This document shows positions 15,240 through 23,843 of a stretch of DNA of 64,000 bases, in pieces. Each line of letters opens with the position of its first letter. Positions within the stretch are counted from its first letter, which is position 1. The stretch comes from a virus. Its lineage: Duplodnaviria > Caudoviricetes. The notes under the pieces were generated by a model. The model saw only the letters and a list, made by a program, of their open reading frames with translations. It had not been told where the DNA came from and made no database searches. The position numbers and the translations under genes are program-made. The stretch spans positions 3,188 through 67,187 of the IMG/VR virus record IMGVR_UViG_3300030372_003166, one strand, 5' to 3'.

Positions 15240-16460
15240 TTAACTTAAATCCCACTCCCATAAACAAGTTATATAATATGTAGTATCTGAAATAGAACTA
15301 TCACTTTCAACTGCTAATTGAACTGTATCGCCAGCGTCTATTATATTGTCGCCAGTTACTCCTGTTGTAAAATCATATGTTGTCATAGTTTGACCAGTAC
15401 AACCCGCGCCAGCTTTTGTGCCAACCACTGAAGGTGCTGCTCCTGTGTTAGAGCCAGTAGCTTGCGTTTCTAACGTCCATGTTAAAGTATTGCTACTTAT
15501 ATCGCTAGTTGCTCTAAGAAATACTTTTAATAGCTTGCCAGCAAAAGGGGCTAACATAGGTAAGTTTTTATTAGTTGAATTTTCTGACTCAGCATCGGCT
15601 TCCTGCAATCCTACATAGTGTTTGTCAGCATCAAGAGCATCTTTAAACATATAATATGTTAATTGTTTCTGAGCTGAGTAATGAGCTGTATCAGAATCTA
15701 AATAAGCACTAGCTATAGCTGTTCCTCTCCATTCTCCAGAAGTTATGATACCAACACCAGTTATGTTAGGTTGATTCGCTACTTGTATACGCCCAAGAAC
15801 GTCAAGCACTGCAGTTGTTGATGGCGCAACACCTATATTAAGCGATCCTGCTATTGTTGTTACGCTAGTTTCTCCGCTTCCTATTGTAACATCAACCTCA
15901 TCATCTGTATTAGTATCTCCATCTATTAAAATACCTTGTGTTAAAACGCCGTCATAGGCAGCGACATTAAGAGTTAACTTACCTGCTTCTTGGCCATCAG
16001 TCATGTCAGCTGCTTCAGCTAAAACACTTGCGTAATTTATTACTTCAGGCGTACCAGCATCATTATCTCCATAAAAACTTATTAAACCTAAATTTTCTCC
16101 ATCATCAACATTAGCTGCATCTTTTACTAATCTAATTTCTGCCGACTTATCTGTATCAGTATGCGAAGATGTAATTTTTAGTAATGGCTTGTCTGATGCA
16201 GTAGAATTTATATTAATATCATCTGAAGTTATTGTGGAAGACTTGCCCGAAGCAGTAGCTAAAGAAAAAGTTCCATCTACATCCACGCGCATATTAGCGT
16301 TAGCACCTGAAGCATCAATAGTGCTTATAGTCACGCCACCCTCAGGATCTGGACTTATTTGAGTGTAGTCATCAGAATCTGGCGGTTCTGCAGTTTGTAA
16401 AAAAATATTATTACGAAATCTAGATACAAACTCAAATATATGTTGACCGATCCACTTCAA
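15240..16460 (-). CDS. tail fibre/spike-like protein
   Basis: 406 aa, Thr/Ser/Asp/Gly-rich beta-type composition, ITGVGIITSGEWRGTAI fibre-type motif. Confidence 0.6.
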   Translation of the reverse strand: MKWIGQHIFEFVSRFRNNIFLQTAEPPDSDDYTQISPDPEGGVTISTIDASGANANMRVDVDGTFSLATASGKSSTITSDDININSTASDKPLLKITSSHTDTDKSAEIRLVKDAANVDDGENLGLISFYGDNDAGTPEVINYASVLAEAADMTDGQEAGKLTLNVAAYDGVLTQGILIDGDTNTDDEVDVTIGSGETSVTTIAGSLNIGVAPSTTAVLDVLGRIQVANQPNITGVGIITSGEWRGTAIASAYLDSDTAHYSAQKQLTYYMFKDALDADKHYVGLQEADAESENSTNKNLPMLAPFAGKLLKVFLRATSDISSNTLTWTLETQATGSNTGAAPSVVGTKAGAGCTGQTMTTYDFTTGVTGDNIIDAGDTVQLAVESDSSISDTTYYITCLWEWDLS

Positions 16461-16461
16461 T

Positions 16462-16917
16462 TTATATCACTTTATATTTTGTTTTACCATCTTCTTTATA
16501 AGCTTTTAAACACCTATTTCTATTTAACCCTGGAGAAACATAACTAACATGCACCCAAGCTGGATTTTCATTAGAGCCAAATTCCCATATCATTTGATCA
16601 AAATCTAAATTTTCTTTTATCCACTCATACATATCTGCGTTTGACATATTACCATAAGTGTCATCTATATCTATTGCTTGGCCGTTACAATGTTGTGATT
16701 TGCTAGAACCGCCTATAGCTTTGTTTAATTCTGGACACCTAAAAAAACTATTAATTTTTATTGGCCTGCCAACATGTTCTCTTAATGGCTCAAAAACTTT
16801 TTCAGCTGTTAGCTTCATGTTTTTTAATTCTTTTGCGTTAGGATTATTGTCTATCCCTCTTCTAATTGCTGTATTACTATATGCTCCTTCTTTGTAGCTA
16901 ATATGTTTGCTTATCAT
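16462..16917 (-). CDS. peptidase M15A-family endolysin
   Basis: INSFFRCPELNKAIGGSSKSQHCNGQAIDI and WVHVSY zinc-binding motifs. Confidence 0.9.
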   Translation of the reverse strand: MISKHISYKEGAYSNTAIRRGIDNNPNAKELKNMKLTAEKVFEPLREHVGRPIKINSFFRCPELNKAIGGSSKSQHCNGQAIDIDDTYGNMSNADMYEWIKENLDFDQMIWEFGSNENPAWVHVSYVSPGLNRNRCLKAYKEDGKTKYKVI

Positions 16918-16934
16918 TTTTTCTTTTTTAAAAG

Positions 16935-16965
16935 AATAGCCAGAAGTGATGTGCTCCTGGCTATT
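16935..16965 (-). terminator. terminator-like hairpin
   Basis: AATAGCCAG/CTGGCTATT inverted repeat followed by CTTTT on the minus strand. Confidence 0.55.
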
Positions 16966-16990
16966 ATTAAATTTAATTTTTATTTATATT

Positions 16991-17419
16991 CTAATCGTCT
17001 GAAGCTATTCCAGTGTCAGGACCATCACATAATAAGTATTGAACTTTTTGCGCTGCTGTTGTCGCTGCTAAATCTAAATTAGCAGAACCATTCCCCGCAC
17101 CATCTATATGAACTGGAGAAAACATGCATTCACCTGGCTTTAAATCCGCTATAACGTCACCATCTGGCTTTACAGCTACTGGATAGTCAGTGTCTACATT
17201 TTTAACAAATGTAAATATCATATCTTTATTGTGACTTGCTAAATTTATTGTAGTGTCTGAAGTGCCGTTAGTTAATATTTCTCCTGTAGATATTAAAGCT
17301 GAATCTACTGTTGTAGAGTCTGTAGTAAAACTAGGAGAAAATGAACATACTAAGTTTCCGTCTGCATCAGTTAAATCCATAGAGCCTGATACTGTTACTG
17401 ATAATGATTGTGTTGCCAT
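16991..17419 (-). CDS. small beta-rich virion protein (paralogue family A)
   Basis: FTFVKNVD motif shared with 17431-17820 and 51577-52041. Confidence 0.65.
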   Translation of the reverse strand: MATQSLSVTVSGSMDLTDADGNLVCSFSPSFTTDSTTVDSALISTGEILTNGTSDTTINLASHNKDMIFTFVKNVDTDYPVAVKPDGDVIADLKPGECMFSPVHIDGAGNGSANLDLAATTAAQKVQYLLCDGPDTGIASDD

Positions 17420-17430
17420 ATTGTTTTATT

Positions 17431-17820
17431 TTAAGCGTTTGCGTCTATTTCTATTGCGGCATATTCTATGGTTACAGTTGCTGTATCTGCTAACGCAACT
17501 GTAGTTCCTGTGCCTCTTATTACTGTCATTAAAAAATGCCCTGGCTCTAGTATACCGATTAAATCTGCAGCCGAAGAAGCTCCGTCATATATTTTTACAA
17601 AATTTGTGTCATCTAAATTTTTAACATATATAAACCTTCCAGATCCTGGCGCAGCCATTACTGTAGAGTCACCATCATGAGCAACGTCTATTCTTCCAGT
17701 TGCTATTTGATCAACACCTGTAATATTCAAGGTATATGACCCTGACTGTGATTGAGAATAACCACTAGCAGAGGTTGCTGTCATACTTAGGTTACAGTTT
17801 AATGTATAATTTTTTGCCAT
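17431..17820 (-). CDS. small beta-rich virion protein (paralogue family A)
   Basis: FIYVKNLDDTNFV...ILEPG motif. Confidence 0.65.
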   Translation of the reverse strand: MAKNYTLNCNLSMTATSASGYSQSQSGSYTLNITGVDQIATGRIDVAHDGDSTVMAAPGSGRFIYVKNLDDTNFVKIYDGASSAADLIGILEPGHFLMTVIRGTGTTVALADTATVTIEYAAIEIDANA

Positions 17821-17832
17821 TGTTTTTTATTT

Positions 17833-18111
17833 TTACAAATTTATGAATTTTTTTTTATATTTTTTTGATTCTTTTAACTTTTTAAGCTCTCCGCACTTTT
17901 CATATTGCTCTAATGTACAAAAATAATCAATTATTTTATCAATTACGTCATTATTTATGCCTTTTTTCGGATTAAAGGGTAACGCGCATCCATTATATTC
18001 TAATAATTCATTAAATGATAACTTATTGGTTATTATCATGTAAGAGTTAAGCATTGACTCATGTACTATCTCATCAGGATCTTCAAGAAGTTTTTTCATA
18101 GATTCTGTCAT
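17833..18111 (-). CDS. hypothetical protein with UVR-like C-terminal helix pair
   Basis: IDYFCTLEQYEKCGELKKL. Confidence 0.6.
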   Translation of the reverse strand: MTESMKKLLEDPDEIVHESMLNSYMIITNKLSFNELLEYNGCALPFNPKKGINNDVIDKIIDYFCTLEQYEKCGELKKLKESKKYKKKFINL

Positions 18112-18494
18112 TTTTTTACTTTTTCTAGTGATCTACCGCCAAAATAAGCACCAATCACAGTTATTAATACTAATTGTAATAGGTCTGTCCATTTGTCTTC
18201 TACATTAAAACTTATAGCCCCAGCGTCAATAAATATCATTAATACTGTAGATGTAACTAAAAACACCAACACTAATGGGCGTATATTTTTAGATAGCCAT
18301 GAATCTGAGTTCATATCCATCTTCCACCTCTCTGTTATTTGTTTTTGCATTTCTGCTTCATAACCCATAACTAAATCTTTTATTTTTCTTTCTGCCTCTA
18401 ATTTTTCTTCCTTTGACGTGTGTAAATTATCTATAACACCTCCCACGCCTTTAACTAGTTCTGCTGCTCCTCCTGAAAATAAATTTCCTAACAT
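18108..18494 (-). CDS. 3TM holin (GTA_holin_3TM-like)
   Basis: IDNLHTSKEEKL, RWKMDMNSDSWLSKNIRP, hydrophobic segments, GAYFGGRSLEK. Confidence 0.85.
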   Translation of the reverse strand: MLGNLFSGGAAELVKGVGGVIDNLHTSKEEKLEAERKIKDLVMGYEAEMQKQITERWKMDMNSDSWLSKNIRPLVLVFLVTSTVLMIFIDAGAISFNVEDKWTDLLQLVLITVIGAYFGGRSLEKVKK

Positions 18495-18505
18495 AATTTA
18501 TAATT

Positions 18506-18736
18506 TTAGTATCCGCCTCCGCTAGACCCATTTCCTCCACTTGAAGATCTTGCATTTGGCAAATTGTTAATATTTGTATTGGTGGCTTGACTATGTGTTG
18601 CGCCCCCCATGTACCCGACCTGTCCTTGATATGTATGCGTGTGATAACCAGTTAAGCCTCTAGAAGCGGCCCAAGCTAAAGCTTCTTGTATAGTGCTATA
18701 TAATGGCTGTCCACCAATTGTAGTTAATAAAGGCAT
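18506..18736 (-). CDS. hypothetical phage protein
   Basis: 76 aa with GYHTH...GYMGGATH motif. Confidence 0.7.
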   Translation of the reverse strand: MPLLTTIGGQPLYSTIQEALAWAASRGLTGYHTHTYQGQVGYMGGATHSQATNTNINNLPNARSSSGGNGSSGGGY

Positions 18737-18737
18737 G

Positions 18738-21656
18738 TTAGTATTGTTTGAATTTTTTTTCTATTGTACCATCATCATAAATATATAATAAAGGCCTGTT
18801 ATTTGTTTGTTTAGTTTTTCTACCTAATAAATCAGTTATCATTATTAATTTTTTTGGCTCTGTTTGTCTTGTTAATAAAGGACCTCCGTATGTGCCTTCG
18901 CAATAATCATATGTTAACTGACATATTGAATCCCATGCATTTTCACAACAATAATCGTCCACTGATATAACCCAAGCGTAACACTCATCATTAAGGAAAA
19001 AAGGGTTGCCAGAACCGTTTATACACCAATCTGCCGCATATAAACAACCTAAAGAATCGTGTGCTATTACGTTAGCCAACGGGTTATAATTAAACGCATT
19101 CGGATCCCTACATCCTGCAATTGCCTCAATACACGAACCGTTTTCAGTGTTAGCCAACGAATCATAGTTAAGAGCAGTGCTGTCCATACAACCATACACA
19201 TAAGCAATACAACTAAAATCTTCTGTGTTTGCTTGGGGATTATAATTAAGCATACTAGGGTCAGTGCAGCCGTAAATAAAAGGCACGCAAGTATTATTAT
19301 CAACATTGGCTAGAGGATTATAGTTAAACATTGTGCTATCTGTGCAACCATATATTGGAAGTATACAGCTAAAATCATCAGTATTACAAGTATCGCAATA
19401 GTTTAAAGCTATTGGATTTGTACAGCCATATATAACTGGTATACACGAACCGTTATCAGTATTTACTAAAGGATCGTAATTAAAAGATGCGGTATCCATA
19501 CATCCATACACAAAAGGTATGCACGAGCCGTTGTCAGTATTTGCCGACGCATTGTAATTAAACATCGTAGGGTCTGTACAGCCTAAAACAACTTCTACAC
19601 ATGATCCGTCATTCGTGTTTGCTGCAGAATTGTAGTTAAATGCTACTGGATCTGTACAGCCATAAACAACACCTATACAACTACCATCGTCTGTATTAGC
19701 TGCAGGATTATAGTTATATGCTATAGGAGACGTACATCCTAAAACAACAGCTATACACGGACCAGATGTATTTGCTTGTGCATTATAATTAAAAGCTAAA
19801 GGCTGCATACAACCTACTATAACTGGCACACAGCCTCCGTTGTCTACATTTGCAGTAGAATCATAGTTAAATGCTGTTGAGTCAATACAACCAAATACAG
19901 CGACTATACTACAGCTGCCATCATCTACATCCGCAACAAATCCCTGTGTGTAGTATTCTAAATAACCTACATTAGTGCATCCTGGGCTGTAATAACACAC
20001 ATCGCTTGTGTTTGCTAAAGAGTTATAGTTATATGCCGTAGCATCCATACAGCCTATTACCACTGGAATACATTCATTACCACAGTAAGGTTGTGCCTCG
20101 TATATATCTAAAGCGTTTTTATAATTTCTTAATTTGTTTTCGTTTGGTCCAGGCCAAGGGTTGTTTCCTTCATACATTACCACACCAAAACTATTTTCTA
20201 ATTTAAATGAGTTTTGTATTGTTTGTATGTCTAATTGCTGTGTGTTTTGTTGTGGTGTAGGTATTTCAAAATAATAAAAATAAACCTCATCATATGAATT
20301 TAGTTCTAAAGCAAACGTGTCAGAATATACGCCATTTTGATTTATTCTAAATTGCCACAACGAATCTCCTTGCTCTACCCCTAACCAACAAGAACCCCAA
20401 GAATCCCCACCATCATCATACAGTATTAAATCATAAACACAAGGAGAGGTCAATAACATTCTGTCAGCGTTAGGATCATAATTAAATGCAGAGGCATCAG
20501 TACATCCATAAATAGCTAATGTCATACAGCTGCCATCATCTACAGTAGCAAGTGAATCATACTCTATATAAGCAGGGGTAGTACAACCATATATGGTAGT
20601 GTCATTATTACACGCATCAGAAACATAAGGTAAAGAAGATGCTGTATATCCAAAATTTGGTGGGCTTAATAAAAACATGGTGTCTTGACAATCTAGATTT
20701 GTTACTAAACAACTTCCAACTACAGAACCTCCACCTATACCATCACCATAAGTATCGTTTATTGTAAACATTATAGTGTCGCCAACAGGAACACAAACCT
20801 GAGTATGCACTGTTTGTCCTGTTTGCGTATAATCATATGTGCCAGAGTTGACAGACGCAAGCGTGTCTGTAGCAGAATATATCAACCAAGATGTTTCAGC
20901 TGGCCAATTATCTAACTTTATAGCTACATCTATTAATGACTGACCAGGATTGCAAATGATTTCTTGAATGCAGGAACCGTCATCTACGTTAGCCCAGGGA
21001 TTATAATTTGTAGCGCTAGGATCAGAGCATCCATAATAATATATACAAGTGCCGTTATCATGTGTAGCTGTTGAATCATAGTTAGATGATACAGTATCGG
21101 TACAGCCATATAAAACTGAATATGGGTCACTAATCATTATATCATCTATAGATATATCACTAGTATAACTAGTCCCAGTAATACCTTTAAATTTTATTTT
21201 AAATGGTGTAGTTGACAATATTGGGTAATATGCAAGCTGCCATTGATTTCCTTGATTGCCAGATATAGTGTCTAGCGCATTGTATCCAGAACTATCTAAT
21301 ACACCTATCTCTAAGTCTCCCATAGCAGCTCCATACATATGATACCAGAAAGACAGTACTTTTCCAGGCGTTTGTGATACATCAAACATTGGTGTATAAA
21401 ATGTAAAGACTTTACCTCCATAATTTTGCCCAGATGATTCTACATAAAAATAATTACCAAAACCAGTTGTGTGATCTCCTGTAGGCCCAGTATTCATAGA
21501 ACTTGTTGATCCTTGATGTAACAACCAATCACCAAAATCGTTAGTGTCTTGTTGTAATGCTACACCATTTTCAAAGTCATGTGTCCACGGAAAAGTGTTT
21601 ACTATTTGACTAAAACTAAATATAGGTAATAATATTAAAATTAAAATATTTTTCAT
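18738..21656 (-). CDS. secreted-type MAM-domain protein with about 17 Cys-bounded GCxD repeats and a T9SS-CTD-like C-terminus
   Basis: Signal-like MKNILILILLPIFSFSQ; MAM motifs (TGPTGDHT, LSFWYHMYG, GNQGNQW, DISIDDI); repeats GC[TM]DxxAxNYxxxANxDxGSC; ends MITDLLGRK...LYIYDDGTIEKKF. Confidence 0.8.
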   Translation of the reverse strand: MKNILILILLPIFSFSQIVNTFPWTHDFENGVALQQDTNDFGDWLLHQGSTSSMNTGPTGDHTTGFGNYFYVESSGQNYGGKVFTFYTPMFDVSQTPGKVLSFWYHMYGAAMGDLEIGVLDSSGYNALDTISGNQGNQWQLAYYPILSTTPFKIKFKGITGTSYTSDISIDDIMISDPYSVLYGCTDTVSSNYDSTATHDNGTCIYYYGCSDPSATNYNPWANVDDGSCIQEIICNPGQSLIDVAIKLDNWPAETSWLIYSATDTLASVNSGTYDYTQTGQTVHTQVCVPVGDTIMFTINDTYGDGIGGGSVVGSCLVTNLDCQDTMFLLSPPNFGYTASSLPYVSDACNNDTTIYGCTTPAYIEYDSLATVDDGSCMTLAIYGCTDASAFNYDPNADRMLLTSPCVYDLILYDDGGDSWGSCWLGVEQGDSLWQFRINQNGVYSDTFALELNSYDEVYFYYFEIPTPQQNTQQLDIQTIQNSFKLENSFGVVMYEGNNPWPGPNENKLRNYKNALDIYEAQPYCGNECIPVVIGCMDATAYNYNSLANTSDVCYYSPGCTNVGYLEYYTQGFVADVDDGSCSIVAVFGCIDSTAFNYDSTANVDNGGCVPVIVGCMQPLAFNYNAQANTSGPCIAVVLGCTSPIAYNYNPAANTDDGSCIGVVYGCTDPVAFNYNSAANTNDGSCVEVVLGCTDPTMFNYNASANTDNGSCIPFVYGCMDTASFNYDPLVNTDNGSCIPVIYGCTNPIALNYCDTCNTDDFSCILPIYGCTDSTMFNYNPLANVDNNTCVPFIYGCTDPSMLNYNPQANTEDFSCIAYVYGCMDSTALNYDSLANTENGSCIEAIAGCRDPNAFNYNPLANVIAHDSLGCLYAADWCINGSGNPFFLNDECYAWVISVDDYCCENAWDSICQLTYDYCEGTYGGPLLTRQTEPKKLIMITDLLGRKTKQTNNRPLLYIYDDGTIEKKFKQY

Positions 21657-21901
21657 TCTTTGTTTTTTACTTTTTCAAACGCACTAATACCAAAACATCC
21701 TAATGTTACCATAACAAATGAATTATATATAGTGTCATTAATTTCTAATTCACCGCCTCCTACATATCCCATGTATATGACAGCAGTACCTAAATCTATA
21801 ATAGCAAATAACACCATAATAGCAAAAGATATAAAACCAACTACATTCTTTTCATTAATATCATTTTTATTTTTAAATAATTTCCACATGTTAAAAATCA
21901 C
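21653..21901 (-). CDS. small two-TM membrane protein (holin-like)
   Basis: Two hydrophobic segments with charged termini. Confidence 0.65.
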   Translation of the reverse strand: MIFNMWKLFKNKNDINEKNVVGFISFAIMVLFAIIDLGTAVIYMGYVGGGELEINDTIYNSFVMVTLGCFGISAFEKVKNKE

Positions 21902-22253
21902 TCATTAATAAATTGTCTATCTCTTCTTGTACTTCTTCTTTTTTTGCTACCATTTTAAAACTTAAATCTGCTTGAAATCTTAAAACTTCTTCTTCGTCTC
22001 TAAATATTATAATAGTGGGTATAACTGCTATTTTATATTTTGTTGCTATTTCAGGCTCTTTTGCTATATCTATAATGCTTTTAGTTTTACATTCTTGCAG
22101 GTCCATGAACCAAGAAACACCATTTGTTTTATTCCATTCAGCGTTAAAGTGCATTGCTGTTATTTGACCAAAAGATACATTAGAAAAAAAAACAAGAAAC
22201 ATAATAATAAAATACATAACAAACAATTTCCAGTCAACCTTTGCTTCTTCCAT
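21891..22253 (-). CDS. exported thioredoxin-fold protein lacking CxxC
   Basis: Hydrophobic leader; HFNAEWNKTN in place of FxAxWCxxC; YKIAVIPTIIIF cis-Pro strand. Confidence 0.7.
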   Translation of the reverse strand: MEEAKVDWKLFVMYFIIMFLVFFSNVSFGQITAMHFNAEWNKTNGVSWFMDLQECKTKSIIDIAKEPEIATKYKIAVIPTIIIFRDEEEVLRFQADLSFKMVAKKEEVQEEIDNLLMSDF

Positions 22254-22543
22254 TATCTATTATATAATTTATCTTCTATTTTTTCCATAGATTTTTTTAT
22301 TTCTTCTACATCTTTCTGTGTAGTCATAATAGTATTACGTATCATTTGATCTTTCATATCAAACTCCATTCTTGTAACATCAGGAGCTGGTGGCTCAGGC
22401 AGTTGTTTTGCCTCTTCAATATCTGCTTGTAACATAAACCACATGCTGATAACTGTAGCCATTGCGGCTCCTATTCCTATAAGCGTTTTAATACTTACTT
22501 GAAAGCCTGTATCCTCATTTAATTCTTTTGCCATTACTCCCAA
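22253..22543 (-). CDS. membrane-anchored coiled-coil protein
   Basis: One TM segment, Pro-rich linker, then coiled-coil. Confidence 0.7.
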   Translation of the reverse strand: MGVMAKELNEDTGFQVSIKTLIGIGAAMATVISMWFMLQADIEEAKQLPEPPAPDVTRMEFDMKDQMIRNTIMTTQKDVEEIKKSMEKIEDKLYNR

Positions 22544-22767
22544 AACATTTTAATAACCAGTCCAATTGTAACCGCGTATATAGCCCACAAAGCTTTACTC
22601 ATAATCTTGCGATAAGAGGTGTTTTTATTTACTCTTGCTGTTACTCCGTAATCTGGGTTTAACAACTTTTCTGTTAACATATCTAGTTTAGCATCCATTT
22701 TATCTATTTTTTCTTCCATTGAGTCCATTCTATGCTTTACTAATGATATGTCGTCTTTCATTGTCAT
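22534..22767 (-). CDS. coiled-coil protein with C-terminal TM anchor
   Basis: Heptad N-region and hydrophobic C-terminus ALWAIYAVTIGLVIKMFW. Confidence 0.7.
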   Translation of the reverse strand: MTMKDDISLVKHRMDSMEEKIDKMDAKLDMLTEKLLNPDYGVTARVNKNTSYRKIMSKALWAIYAVTIGLVIKMFWE

Positions 22768-22919
22768 TACAATTCAAAACCTAAATTTAATACTATAAAT
22801 CTGTGTTCTACACCTGGATTACAATACAATTCTAATATTGTAAACCTGCCCAGCCTGATAGATATATCGTATATACTATCTTTTTTATTGCCTTGTCTCC
22901 AACTGTTTATCCAATTCAT
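22767..22919 (-). CDS. small hypothetical protein (50 aa, below track cutoff)
   Basis: MNWINSWRQGNKKDSIYDISIRLGRF...; TAATG and ATGA overlaps on both sides. Confidence 0.65.
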   Translation of the reverse strand: MNWINSWRQGNKKDSIYDISIRLGRFTILELYCNPGVEHRFIVLNLGFEL

Positions 22920-23029
22920 GCCTTACAACATTTATCTCCTAAGTCGCATACATCAGGTTTTGCACACCAATTAAAACATATTAATCCAAATGTTATAGCC
23001 TGAACCCATTTACAAATTTTATTTTTCAT
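22916..23029 (-). CDS. Cys-rich peptide (37 aa, below track cutoff)
   Basis: MKNKICKWVQAITFGLICFNWCAKPDVCDLGDKCCKA; fills the gap, ATGA overlap with the next gene. Confidence 0.55.
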   Translation of the reverse strand: MKNKICKWVQAITFGLICFNWCAKPDVCDLGDKCCKA

Positions 23030-23033
23030 ACTA

Positions 23034-23402
23034 TTATCTTTTTCCGCCATGATACTCAACTGCATGACCTTCTTTTATTAATAATTCATTTACACTCTCT
23101 AGCGTCATTTTTTCTTTTCCATCTACTACATCTATATGGATTTCTCCAAGACACCTTCCAAATTTGCCAACACCATGTGATGTTAACTGTATTCTGTTAG
23201 AACCCTCTAGCAATTGTTTAACCCTGTCTTTTGCAGCCAAACCTTTTGCTTTTTCTTCTAGGTCTCTAGTGCGACACTCAGGGGTGTTTACCCCCGAGAA
23301 TCTCACTCTTTTTTTTACACTTATATCAAAACCTAAATCTATGTTTGCGTCTATAGTGTCTCCGTCAACAACTTTTAACAATTCAATATTGTAAGTGTAC
23401 AT
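23034..23402 (-). CDS. thermonuclease (SNase-like) family nuclease
   Basis: VVDGDTID, RVRFSGVNTPE, GKFGRCLGEI; no signal peptide. Confidence 0.9.
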   Translation of the reverse strand: MYTYNIELLKVVDGDTIDANIDLGFDISVKKRVRFSGVNTPECRTRDLEEKAKGLAAKDRVKQLLEGSNRIQLTSHGVGKFGRCLGEIHIDVVDGKEKMTLESVNELLIKEGHAVEYHGGKR

Positions 23403-23410
23403 ACTAACGG

Positions 23411-23821
23411 TTATAGTTTATAAGCTATTCCAATTACAAACTTCCCTTCTTTTTTGCCGTTTTCATCTTCTTTCATCGGCATAGAATAACTAGGTTCAAT
23501 ATATAATTTTTCCCAAACATTATAAGAGTATCCAGCACCTACATTCATGTTTTCTGACATCTCTTCAGTTGGCATTTGTAAAGATACGTATATATTTTCA
23601 AAATAATATCTTCCAAACACATCATAATTTTCACCATTTTTTATTACACCCGCCATCATTTTGTCGTTTATTTGATAGCCAGCGCCCATATTATCTGTTA
23701 TACTATTTACCGTCCACTCTTCTCCATCCTCTGGCATATTTACAGAAGACATAATTGAAAATTGTGCTGATACTAATAAACATACACAAGTTGATAAAGC
23801 TGTTAAAAATATTTTTTTCAT
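23411..23821 (-). CDS. small outer-membrane beta-barrel-like protein
   Basis: Signal peptide ending ...VSAQ; alternating aromatic strands GAGYQIN, VFGRYYF, GAGYSYNV; terminal FVIGIAYKL. Confidence 0.7.
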   Translation of the reverse strand: MKKIFLTALSTCVCLLVSAQFSIMSSVNMPEDGEEWTVNSITDNMGAGYQINDKMMAGVIKNGENYDVFGRYYFENIYVSLQMPTEEMSENMNVGAGYSYNVWEKLYIEPSYSMPMKEDENGKKEGKFVIGIAYKL

Positions 23822-23843
23822 TTTTTATTTATTTAAATTAATA

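Noticed and set aside
18738-21656. Host-DNA contamination or a prophage boundary at the host-like MAM gene
   Set aside because: The gene is packed 1 nt from and overlapping phage genes on the same strand, with no att-like repeat or host housekeeping neighbours; a misassembly cannot be excluded without reads.
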